In this document: positions 50,012 through 61,108 of the stretch, in pieces
Layout: each line of letters begins with the position of its first letter
How positions within the stretch are numbered: position 1 is the stretch's first letter
Assembly: GCF_032062105.1 (NCBI RefSeq)
Contig: NW_026936770.1
Coordinates: 124,001-188,000 of the forward strand
Length of the DNA stretch: 64,000 nt
Direction of reading: 5' to 3'
DNA from: Saccostrea cucullata
Taxonomy: Eukaryota
Position numbers and translations under genes: made by a program
Notes under the pieces: generated by a model
What the model was told of the DNA's origin: nothing
What the model saw: the letters and a program-made list of their open reading frames with translations, nothing else
Databases searched by the model: none

Positions 50012-50305
50012 AGCTCTAGAGTATTAGGATTCCCCCCATGTAAAACTGACTAAAGAGTAGGATTTCCCTCACGGAAAATTGACTCTAGAGCAGAATTCCC
50101 TCCCCCGAAAAAATGATCCTTGAATAGGATTTTCCCGACGGAAAAATGACTCTAGAGTAGGCCGGATCCACCACGGAAAAATGACTCTAGAGTAGGATCC
50201 TCCCCCCAAAAATGACTCTAGAGTACGTAGGATATCCCTGAAGAAATGGCTTTAGACTCTAGAGTAGGATTTACCAACGAAAAATGACTCTAGAATAGGA
50301 TTCCC
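50012..50305 (+). repeat. ~33-35-bp degenerate tandem repeat
   Basis: Recurrent AAAAATGACTCTAGAGTAGGAT(T/C)CCC unit. Confidence 0.85.
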
Positions 50306-50512
50306 TGGAAAAATGCCTTTCTTTTCGAAATGCAAAAGTTGAAACCTGACCCCTCCATCCCCCACCCCTTCCAAAAGAAAGATTTAGTACTTTATTGTAG
50401 TCTAATTTATCACAAAGGTTCAAATTACATACATATTTGTCATTAAAGCACATTTTAACAACAAAATAAAATGCTCAAAAATGCTCTATATTTAGTCCTA
50501 AATATCTTACAT

Positions 50513-50645
50513 TTTCCAGGCATTTTTACGATTTCGATATTTTACGTGCCAGGAAAACGTCAGAGCAGGTATGAAAACTGGGAAATCGCCGGTTCTGACG
50601 TTTTCCTGGCACGTAAAATATTAAAATCGTAAAAATACCTGGAAA
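50513..50645. repeat. Long inverted repeat (fold-back), ~50-bp arms
   Basis: TTTCCAGGCATTTTTACGATTTCGATATTTTACGTGCCAGGAAAACGTCAGA / TCTGACGTTTTCCTGGCACGTAAAATATTAAAATCGTAAAAATACCTGGAAA. Confidence 0.85.
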
Positions 50646-51247
50646 ACATCAAATATGGACTACTATAATTCAAGACAGCATTCGACATCGAATCCAATGC
50701 AAATCACGTCATTTCCGTTTCGCACAGGGAAAACTTACACACACACACACACCCTAACCTACACACACTTCACTTCATACCCTTAAACTCTCTTGCGAGC
50801 GATTAACAATTGAACAAGATGGACGAAGATAGGGAATAGTATTTCTTCCAAATTTGATTAGCCTTTTGCTATACGCATGTTTTTCTCAAGTACCCTCTGC
50901 CTGTACTTCTTATAAGTACACATATTTATTATAATAATAATAATAGATAGTCTCTTTTGGTTTCTCGTAGAGCGTGTTCGATTAGATAGCTCTGATAAGA
51001 ATCGTTGATGTACTACAGCTGTGGACCAGCGACAGGTGAACATGACTCGGAATATTTATAAGGTCTAATGGAGATTTAATGATTTTAAATTAAGGCTATA
51101 TCTTATGTCTGATTTATAACTTTTGCACATAACATCTGTGCAATACAAAACAAACTGACCCTATTCTGAAAAAGGAAAAATATTCTATACTAAGCAACGC
51201 TGAAATCTTAACTTTTGCTTTCAAGCGTAAACGTGTGCAATACATAG

Positions 51248-51766
51248 AGAATAATACATACCCTTTTCCATATCACATCCTGTATCAGCCCGAGACACCA
51301 ATATCAGCCAGAGGGCCGAAGGTGTATGTTTTATTATATTTATTACATACTCAGTAATAAAATACAGAACACATTAAGTTGAGAAGAAAACAAGTAAATA
51401 ATCATGCACGGACTTCTTAAAATGTACACAGTCTATTGTTTCGGTTTGTTTCTGCATGTACTTCTATTTCAGATGTCCTCAATCCGTAATTTTGAAATAC
51501 ATGTAATCTATTATTTATCAGTTAGATTATCATCACATTCAAAAAGATAAAATTAAGAGAATTATGTAACCCCCAAAATATGTGTATGATCACGAGTACT
51601 GTTTTTTGAGGTTTAATTTACTAGGGGTGTGATATTGATCCTGCAGGGCTGATAACCTATATCAGCCCCGCAAATCCATATCAGCCCTGCAGGGCTGATA
51701 CGGCTATTGTGACGTCAACCATATGGCATATGCAAAAATCCTGTATTTATTACTAAGTATGTAATA
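51248..51766. mobile_element. Non-autonomous DNA element with TATCAGCCC/GGGCTGATA internal palindromes
   Basis: Inverted TATTACATACTCAGTAATAAAATACAG (51341) / CTGTATTTATTACTAAGTATGTAATA (to 51766); repeated TATCAGCCC motifs. Confidence 0.55.
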
Positions 51767-52794
51767 ACAGTCAGTAAACATGACTCTGAATACATGTACC
51801 AATGCCCATCCTTTCTGATATACTAAGTCGTCCCTTAATAAACGCTTTTGTATTCACTTCAAAATGTTAAACTGGTAGCATGAACGTAAAAAGAATTAGA
51901 CCTTCTTAGAAAATTTTGAAATTCGTGTCCCCAAATTCAAATACTCTTTTGAGTTGGTTTTCAAAATTTCGAAAGAAGCACCCTTGCTTGCAATAAACAC
52001 GATACTAGTAATGTATTTTGTTAAGTGCCAAAAATACGCAGAAATAGAGTTTCAAAGAATAAATGCATTTTCACTTTATTATTATTTGAATCTCGCTGTA
52101 AACCCGTGAATGTCTTAATTTTGGAAGAGGAACCCTTGCTTATTACAACCATGCACGTAATTTGTTTGCTTAATGATCAGAGATTTTTTTTTTTAAATGC
52201 ATTTGAACTATATTCTCAGTAGGGCCCCGCCTGAACAATAAAACTGCCCGGGGCCCATGAATTTCACAGTTTGGAGGAGTCTCGCTTATAGTCTTTATAA
52301 ATTATAACGCTGCTCTTAGTTTCTCTATACTGAATACTTTCTTAAAAAACCTTCTCTACATCTGGGTATAAATTAGACATATACTGAGCAAGGATGCTTC
52401 TTCCAAAAAAGTGAAATGCCTCTTTTACGAACTGGATAGGGGAACCTTCTTCTCCCGGTAAAAATAAGAAAAATATTCAGACTGAAAGTTTTCGATCGTT
52501 CTTCTTCAGCATATAAGTGTCACCATGTAGTTTGGCCAATAGTCCTAAAACGAAGGCTTAGGTAGGATTCTTCTCACATTTCTTGTATTTAAAAATTAAT
52601 GAAATTTTCACAGAATCAAGAGGACAATATCACTAAGTGATGGTATCAGTGAGATTAAATTTGACCGTTTAATATTAGAGGCAAGGTCAGGTCAAGGTCA
52701 TTACCTTTTTCCTGGACATTAAGAATAAAAAAATACTGTTTCCAATCATGCGACCCCTACTTGTAATTCAAAAGATTGAATGTTTTTCTTTTTG

Positions 52795-54867
52795 TATGGA
52801 ACGCCGTCACTGCCTTATAGCAGAACACTACTATTGCATTGTGTCAACCTTCCATTACATTATGTCAACTCTTTATGACATTAACCCACCCTACTATTGC
52901 ATTGTGCCAACCTTCCATTACATTATGTCAACTCTTTATGACATTAACCCACACTACTATTGCATCGTGTTAACTTTCCTTTACATTATATCAACTCTTT
53001 ATGACATTCACACATACTACTATTTTATTTCGTCAACTTGCATTTCGTTATGTTTACTTTTCATGACAATCTTAGTTTTTATTAACTGATGTGAAAAGCT
53101 CATGCCATACAGTGAGCACTCTTCTACATTATGTCGATTCACTATTACGTTATGCGAACACGGACATCCTCGGCCTTTATATGAGCATATCGTATTTTCC
53201 GCGTTCCGCAAGCACTAAAATGGCGGGAAAGAAAAATGTCGTAGAAGAGATTCTCAGCGATTTCGGAATGACATCTTTAAATGAAAACTTTAAGCGACAA
53301 ATGATTGACAATCTTGAAACATGCAAAGCCTTAACACTGCGACTGTGAATTAAAGTCACGTCGAAATTCAATGGTGTTTACTTTAATCTGATAATTAAAT
53401 CAAATATTATGCAGCAATCATTTTTTTCTTTTTTATTTCGAATTATTTTTTTTATTTATTTATTTATTTTTTTTAATAAAAGTCTTAAACTTTGTAGGAC
53501 ATTGCATTAGTTTCACATTAAGTTTAGCTGAATTAAGTTGAAAACTTTTTTCTATAAAACTATAAAGCCTGAGAGCTTCTCCGCTTTCCGCCCTTGGTCT
53601 CCAACCATATACCGTCCCCCTTCCTTGTTCAAGATTCCCATATCTGCCACTGATATGTGCCCATGCATGCTTACTAAGGCATATTCAATTGATTTAGATG
53701 AGCGACTGGTAGATTTTTGTAATAGAATTCTGGCCCTGGAATGATTAAAAAAAATTACTAACTCCAGTGACGTAGCATCATTTTTTTGAAAGAGGAGGTC
53801 AGCCAGTAAAAAAATCATTTATCCGTAAAAACTAGACAAGCCAAGAAAAAAAATGTCCAAGCCCGAAAATCCTATTTCGGGGAGAGTGGTCCAACTTCAA
53901 TCAATCCTATTTTTTCCAGATATATTATATTACCCTTAGTGGACTATATTTTAACAAGAAGTGGGGGTGGGGGGCTGTACAGTTTCAATGAACATTACAT
54001 TTTCTATAGTAAAGTTATATCTGGGAAAAGAGGGGGGTTTATATTATGTGCCTGTAATTTGTCCTAATCAATCACGACCCCCCCCCCTTCTTACCCGTCA
54101 TTAAAACACGGTCGTCAACATTTATTATATACTAGATATACAGCTTTGAGATAATGTAAATGTATTTTTGCATCAGGTAATGAACTTGGAATCCACATGA
54201 TAAAGAGTTAACACAATATAAAGATATTTTTAAATCACATAAGAAAGAGTTGGCATAACGTTATAATATATCCACATCACGGTATGGAGTTTTGACATAA
54301 TGTAATAAAGTGTTGATATAATATAATGATATGTTCACATTATGTTATACACTTTTTACACCACGTAATAAAGCACTGACATAAAGGTAAGATGTGTTCA
54401 CCTCACATCATGATGCCCTCGCCGTAAAATAAAGATAAATCCATATCACGTAATAATACTTTGATATAATAGAAATATACACTCTCAAAAAGGAATGGGC
54501 TTTTGACTTCATCTGATGATAAGTTTAATTATAAAACACAATTTACTTGACGTAATGCAATTTTGACCTCACATATTAAAGAAATGAAATGATGTAAAGA
54601 AACATTCATTTCACGTAATAAAGTTTTAACACAATGTAAACACATTATCACTTCACATAATGAATTTTTTACTTCAAGTTATGAAGTGCTGACATAATGA
54701 AAGGATGTATTTACTTCATGTAATGCAGCATTGACATGATATTAAGATATATTTTCATCATCCCATAAAAAATGGACATAACGTAAATTTATGTTCACAT
54801 CACGTAATGATAAATTGACGTAATAAATGCATAGTTGTATGCTATAAGGCAGTGATGGCGTTCCATA
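52795..54867 (+). mobile_element. IS3EU-type non-autonomous DNA transposon (~2.07 kb) with a 6-bp TSD
   Basis: TIRs TATGGAACGCCGTCACTGCCTTATAGCA / TGCTATAAGGCAGTGATGGCGTTCCATA. TTTTTG is duplicated on both flanks. Subterminal 21/63-bp repeats lie at both ends. TAY..RTA termini with a 6-bp TSD are the IS3EU signature. Confidence 0.8.
53220..53348 (+). pseudogene. Truncated SAM-domain-like ORF remnant inside the IS3EU element
   Basis: AAAATGGCG start context; MAGKKNVVEEILSDFGMTSLNENFKRQMIDNLETCKALT resembles SAM helices 1-3. Confidence 0.45.
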
Positions 54868-56126
54868 TTTTTGCATAAAAAGATACTACCATATAGGGCC
54901 TATAAGATGATATTACCAAATTGACATGGATAATTTAATTAAAATGGATATTTGCTAATCCGAATTTCCTCTACTTTTCTTAAATTTTTAGGATTTATTA
55001 GTTATTTTTAAATGCTTCCTATGTTTAACTTTTTCCAATTTTCAGAATAGTAAAATTGTCACATAAAGGTACAAAATGATACAAAAACTAAAAGTTTTGA
55101 TCGTTTACGAAGAGAGAAATAACACTTTTTATGGATTTTTGGCTCAAATCTGTACTTAGATTTGGAGCATTTAAAAGCCAACATAGTTCTAGTATGTGTG
55201 AAAAATCTTATTTATTTGATATATTTTGAAACTTTAGTCCCTTTTTATTAATTTAACTTACATTTGAAAATTTCATCTAGTCTTTGATTGCGTAAAAATT
55301 ATAACTAAATTCAATGTTCTATAATAATTTTGAGAGGCAGAAAAGAAGATATTTTCATACGCCACCATTCCGCCAAAAACATAGTCCCTGCTAGTTTTCA
55401 AACGCAGTTTACCATTTCTATTTAAAGTCGTATAATTGTGATGAGGAAAAAAAAATGGTCTTTTAAATCTCTTACATCTAAATATATAAGACATATCAAC
55501 ACATATACTTTGAATATTCCATCTAGTCAGAAAGCAGAGAAGAATCCTACCTTAATTGTCATACACAGACTTATTGTTTGTACCCCCCCCCCCCCCCACC
55601 ACACACAAATGGACCCCCTGTCATAAAGAAATACATGTCCTCGCGCCTATAGTATGCATTAAATGTATGAATAAAAATTAGATTTTATTTCAAAGAATTT
55701 GTCAACAATATGAAATTTCAGTACACGAATGAAAGCTTCCCAGTCACATGAGGAACAATTTGTTACCGTAGGAATATTTCATTACGACCACAATCAATGT
55801 AACAAAGTATTTCCATTTGTTTCGTTGGTCATCGTCTGTGATTCCGAACAATATATTCAAATATTGACAAAAGTCAACAACGAAAATGCATTTAAAAAGG
55901 TGGGGCCACTTTTCTCTTGACATATTTAGATTTATCATTTGGCAAACTTATGTACGATACATGTATAATCCATCAACGATCCAAAAGCTCTGAAAGTAGG
56001 AACTCCATGTGACCTATATATTGTAGTGTCGGAACATTCTTTTTACCTATTTTCGTACACAATTACTTTTCTGAAATCAATCTTATTAAAAGCACTTCAT
56101 TCATGTTAATGTATTTTGTACACCCC

Positions 56127-56702
56127 TCACTGTATCATGGACTCTGCTCTCGATTCTTGGTGGCTTGGTGGTTCGGTCCGAGAATCTCGGCGCGAGTCCT
56201 TGCGTCCGTCTGCTCTAGTGTCTCCGCGCGTGCTAAAACTCATTTTTGAGGAGCGTGCGGCTTGGCGCGAGGACAGAGACGCCGCCTCGCTCTCCTCCAG
56301 AATCACGCTTGGAGCGACCGTATTCACCGATCTTCTGACGTTAGCGAGTAACGTCTGCTGTCCGTACAAAAGTCTGTGAAAGGCTTCATTGTATTCCGAT
56401 ATCAGTTCGTCACATTCCCCCTGCTGCTTCATCTTTTTACACAAACTCTCGTTCACTCGCGCCAGTTGAGCTGTAAGATGGAGAACATCGCTCTCCAGTT
56501 TCTGTTGTTCATCAGAGAGGGTCAGAATACTCCTGTGAACTTCATCCCTCTTCATTTTCATGTCGTCGATGCACTTGAGCAGTTCCATGTTGTACTTCTG
56601 GATAAAAGCATCCTCTTTGATCGGTTTAACATTCTTGTCTTTCTTCTTTCTTTGCTGTGATGCCATTTTTCTTACTTTGATATATAATTTGTCCTGAACC
56701 AT
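56127..56702 (-). CDS. SSNA1/NA14 (DIP13)-like coiled-coil microtubule/centriole protein, intronless, with basic N- and Ser/Arg-rich C-terminal extensions (start may be 56666)
   Basis: QKYNMELLKCIDDMKMKRDEVHRSI..QKLESDVLHLTAQLARVNESLCKK..DELISEYNEAFHRLLYGQQTLL aligns with SSNA1 [51 protein letters not shown]. The ORF is GC-rich. Confidence 0.85.
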   Translation of the reverse strand: MVQDKLYIKVRKMASQQRKKKDKNVKPIKEDAFIQKYNMELLKCIDDMKMKRDEVHRSILTLSDEQQKLESDVLHLTAQLARVNESLCKKMKQQGECDELISEYNEAFHRLLYGQQTLLANVRRSVNTVAPSVILEESEAASLSSRQAARSSKMSFSTRGDTRADGRKDSRRDSRTEPPSHQESRAESMIQ

Positions 56703-56755
56703 TAATTTTTACGGATCCATTAAAATGAGACTATAAACATTCTTATCTAGGTATG

Positions 56756-56769
56756 GTCGCCTTAGCATC
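56756..56769. promoter_or_regulatory. X-box (RFX)-like motif upstream of the SSNA1-like ORF
   Basis: GTCGCCTTAGCATC versus the consensus GTYGCCATRGYAAC; 54 bp upstream of the ORF. Confidence 0.35.
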
Positions 56770-57534
56770 TGTCCAGAAAATAGCTATTGTGGCAATTGTT
56801 GTATTGTGCTTTTGAACATCGCTTATCTATACCATGTTTAAGGTTCAGTTCTTATCACCGTATATAACCATTTAAGTTGACAAACTAAACACCCTCATAG
56901 ACGAAGCGATACAATCTCCATTCAGCTCCTTAAAGCCCCCCTTTTCAAGTTGCTTGGGACGGTTAAAAGCTACAGGTCTCAAGCACCAAACAAACAAATC
57001 CATTGTGATTGCTTTATTAACGAACGTTTGATTTTGTCAGCACAAGATTTTAATTGTATCCTCCTCGGGACTTAAAATTCAAATATTTGTATAACTCCAT
57101 TACTGTTACAGAATATGAGTATTTATTTTATACCCAGGTGTCACTGTAATTGAAAAACGCCAGTGTACTTTCATAGTATGAATACGTGTGTGGGTTCTGC
57201 AAGGAAAATGGTAAACTTTTGGATTATAAACAACTTAACCACCCTTTTCCCCCTCCACTCATTCTCTCTCTTTTTTAAATTTAAATGTATTTTTAAATTA
57301 TTCACTCTAAGATTATACCTAAAATACGAGTGTTTACATATATTTTAACAATTATATTTTTGTCTTAACTTTACATTACTTATTTGTTTAATGATTTAAA
57401 ATTTAATATCAGCTTCATTTATAAAAATCCTAATTAAAATCAGGTTAAAAAATCGGAACATTGATTTTTTTTAAAATTGTCAACTTACTCTGGAGAAAAG
57501 TTGTACTACATTTGTAAAGTTGTAATACATTTTG

Positions 57535-58075
57535 AAATGATCAAGGTTAGTATGGATACATTTTGAGATGATCTATGTTGTTGTAGATACCATCTAGGTT
57601 CGTTTGGATACATTTTGTGATGATCTAGGTAGGTCTGGATATTTTATGATGATCTGGTTGATGTGGATACATTTTGTGATGATCTAGGTTGGTCTGGATA
57701 CATTTTGTGATGTTCTTGATAGGTCTGGATACATTTTGTGATGATCTGGGTTGATATGGATAAAGTTTGTGATGATCGTGGTAGGTCTGGATACATTTTA
57801 TGATGATTTGGGTTGATATGGATACATTTTGTGATGTCTAGGTTGGTCTGGATACATTTTGTGATGTTCTTGATAAGTCTGGATACATTTTTTGATGATC
57901 TGGGTTGATATGGATAAATTTTGTGATGATGGTTGTAGGTCTGGATATATTTTATGATGATTTGGGTTGATATGGATATATTTTGTGATGATCTGAGTTG
58001 ATATGGATATATTTTGTGATGATCTAGGTTGGTCTGGACATATTTTGTGATAATTTGGGTTGATATGGATATACA
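57535..58075 (+). repeat. ~33-bp tandem repeat
   Basis: GGATACATTTTGTGATGATCT(A/G)GGTTG(GTCT/ATAT) units, about 15 copies. Confidence 0.9.
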
Positions 58076-59052
58076 AAATGTACAAAAGGATCGCGTGAAA
58101 TCATGATGTATTAGTGGTGCTTATCATGTGTATAGCATTGTCTAAAATATTTAACTTAAAAATACGTAAATAGGTCTTCTGTCGCTCATTTTAATTCTCA
58201 ATTCTTAAAAAAACGTGTGATTTCTGTGTTATTTTCTACAAGCGAAACACACAGGGGAATAATTTGTGAGTACATTTTTACGAGGAGATATACATAGGGT
58301 ATATATATACGGATCCATAGAGTAAGCAGCTTATACGAAGATTTATATGAAACCTAGAGTGTTAACTTTCAAAAACAGTTGTTATAAATCGTACCCAGGT
58401 AACACTATAAGCTACATTCCCGAAAAAAAAAATGTCACGTTTTCAAACAATTTACAAGGTCACATGAAACGAAGTCAAGTAAGCTGAACCTATAGTTAGA
58501 TTCTTTAGCTGGCAAACACCTAAAATATGTCAAGAGAGCGTTTAAAAGAGAGAATTGTGTGGATGAATGGCGTATAGCAGGAACAAATAGTTTGTAGACA
58601 TCCTGTGTTCCATATTGTTATACTCTTTTCAACAACCTTTTAATTTAGTCTTTTCAAGATTTGAGCCCTATTATTATTTAGTACAAAACATTTACTTCCC
58701 TCCCCCACTCCCCATAAAGAATCCACGGATTTTTTAGCTACTACTCGAGTACGAGTATATATCACAAGGAATTGCTGAATCAATTGATATCTTTTAATAC
58801 CCGATTTGTGTGGGGTAGAAAAACTGGACGTACTTTTAAAAAAAAAAATTGGGCATTTCATCTAACAAGCATTTTATAGCTAGTACTCATTTAATAAACC
58901 ATTTTATAAGAGTATACAATTAAGTATTACATGGGCATGTACAGACTAAAGAGCACTATGAAGACAATTAACTGCGTTAAATATATATAAACTAGGAGGC
59001 CGAAACTAACATGAGTGTCCCATTAGTAATGTTGACTGGGTCATTCCTCCTA

Positions 59053-59297
59053 CAGGCACGTAGCAACATGGGGGCCATGTGGGGGGGAAAACTCGTTCAG
59101 TCAAAGAATTATGCATATAATGTAACCATTTTCCCCCCAACATTACCTTACTATTGAAAATGTCCATTGAAAGGTTGGTTGCCTCCCCCCCCCCACTTCT
59201 TATCACAGTATAGTGATATCAAGGAAATGTAGTACTGTATGCAAAAAAAAATTGGAAGTGGAAAGACGTTGGCCTTGAAAAAAGTTGTCCACTACCC

Positions 59298-59328
<31 letters not shown>

Positions 59329-59466
59329 ACACGCACGAAATAGGATTTTCGAGTTTGGGCAATTTCCTTTTTTTTTTTTTTTGCTTGTCAACTTTTACAG
59401 GTAAGTAAAAAAAAATTTCTCTGGTTGCCCCCCCCCCCCACTTTCAAAAACGATGCTACGTGCCTG
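59053..59466. mobile_element. MITE with CAGGCACGTAGCA TIRs and a 5-bp TSD
   Basis: TCCTA|CAGGCACGTAGCA ... TGCTACGTGCCTG|TCCTA. A related left end lies at 53766. Confidence 0.7.
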
Positions 59467-59587
59467 TCCTATTCCAAATTAATTTGAAAAATCGGGCAAT
59501 AAAAAGTAAAATCCCATGTGTTGTTCCATGTGGGAATAGGTAGAAAACTCATTCAGTCAAAGAATATTATGCATATAATGTAACCAT

Positions 59588-60688
59588 TTTTTTAGGTCTC
59601 AGTTTACTCAGTGACCTATTGCTATCTGAGTGTGTTTGTCCGTCGTCGTGCGTTGTGCATTAATATTTGAACATTTTTAGCTTCTTCTCTGCAACCGCTC
59701 AACCAATTCCAATCAGTTTTGGGACTTTTGGCATTAGACATCAATGGGTGAAGGGTAACAATAATTGTTTATTTCATGGTCCCTGTCCCCCTTAGGCCTG
59801 AGGGTTGGAGCCAAAACCACTAAAATTAATGCAATCTCTAAAAAATCTTCTTCCTTACTCCTGGACATCAAGCCGTCAAACTGTTGGCATGGTTGTAGTT
59901 AATAAGCATTTGAAAAGTCCTCTACAAAAATTGTGAAATTCATGACCCCAGAATCAAGGTTTCTAGTGCTAGGGTGGGGCTATATAGATTATATAGTGAA
60001 ATTCATTATTTCTTTGAAAATCTTTTTCTTTGCTCCTGGGTATTAATCAAACTAACTACATGTACATACATAACTAAAATGAGGAAGGGTGCCTCTTCCA
60101 AAATTGTGAATTTCATTGCCCCAGGATAAGGGGTACTGGTTTCATGGCGGGGCTATATAAAGTATATAGTTAAAATGCATTAATTCTTTGAAAATCATCA
60201 CCTCTTCCCTGGGTATTAAGCAGATGAACCACCTATATATCTATGATGAGCAAGGGTTCAACTTCCAGAATTGTGAATTTCAAGAGTTCTGGTTTAAGGG
60301 TACTGTAGAGGGGGGCTCTAATTATATATTGAAAATTAATTAATGCTTTCAAATCTGCTCCTTGGTATAAATCAAACATTTATGAGCGAGGGTGCCTTTA
60401 AAAAAGTTGTGAAATGTGTGCCCCCAAGGTATTAAGGGGCACTACTTATTTTTGCTGACTATTAATGATTAGTTTAAAACTTGAAATGCATCTTTTTGTT
60501 TCCCTACTCTGCATGCCTATTGGTATTTTAAAAGTAACCAAACTAAGCATGCTACGTGTATAGTTATGATGAGCAATGGTGCTTCTTTCAAAATTGTGAA
60601 TGTCATGGCCTCTGGTTTAAAACATGAACCAATTTGTATTGTTGGAAAACTGGTACATGATGCCCAGATGATCTATAAGGCCCATGTG
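59588..60688 (-). mobile_element. HINE/Helentron-like element with degenerate oyster-type satellite units
   Basis: TTTTTAGGTC..GTGACCTATTG hairpin, GTCCGTCGTCGTGCG microsatellite, repeated AAAATTGTGAA(A/T)TTCAT..CCC units; ends ..AAGGCCCATG where an IS3EU end is inserted. Confidence 0.65.
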
Positions 60689-60940
60689 TATGGAACGCCG
60701 TAACTGCCTTATGTGGAGAACTTTCATTATATGCTGGTACTTTGATATTATATGCTGGTACTTTATCATTTATATATGCTGATACTTTTTCATTATATGC
60801 TACCACTTTGTCATTATATGCTACTACTTTTTCATTATATGCTATTACTTTGTCATCATATGCTGCTACTTCATCATTATATGCTACTACTTTGTCATTA
60901 TAATTATGCTACTACTTTGTCATGATGCTACTACTTTCTC
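60689..60940 (+). mobile_element. Left end of a second IS3EU-type element with 21-bp subterminal repeats
   Basis: TATGGAACGCCGTAACTGCCTTAT (same TIR family as 52795) followed by (ACTTTGTCATTATATGCTACT)n. No right TIR found in the window. Confidence 0.7.
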
Positions 60941-61002
60941 GACTTGACGGAAAAGGCCGAGTGATGTTCCGATTGTTAGTGGATTGTTACGCAGTATCTT
61001 TA

Positions 61003-61036
61003 TGACGTAATACATTTATGACATAGCTTGACGTCA
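61003..61036. promoter_or_regulatory. CRE/ATF sites upstream of the orphan ORF
   Basis: TGACGTAA (61003-61010) and the palindromic TGACGTCA (61029-61036), 73-106 bp upstream of the ATG. Confidence 0.45.
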
Positions 61037-61108
61037 TAATAGATCTAATGTATACATTTTCCTAAACAGTGAGACGGAGAGAAGACGCAAAAAGAAGTGT
61101 AAATAGTA

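Noticed and set aside
52748-53089. 113-aa ORF (and 57798-58085, 60603-60806)
   Set aside because: Translations of subterminal or tandem repeats.
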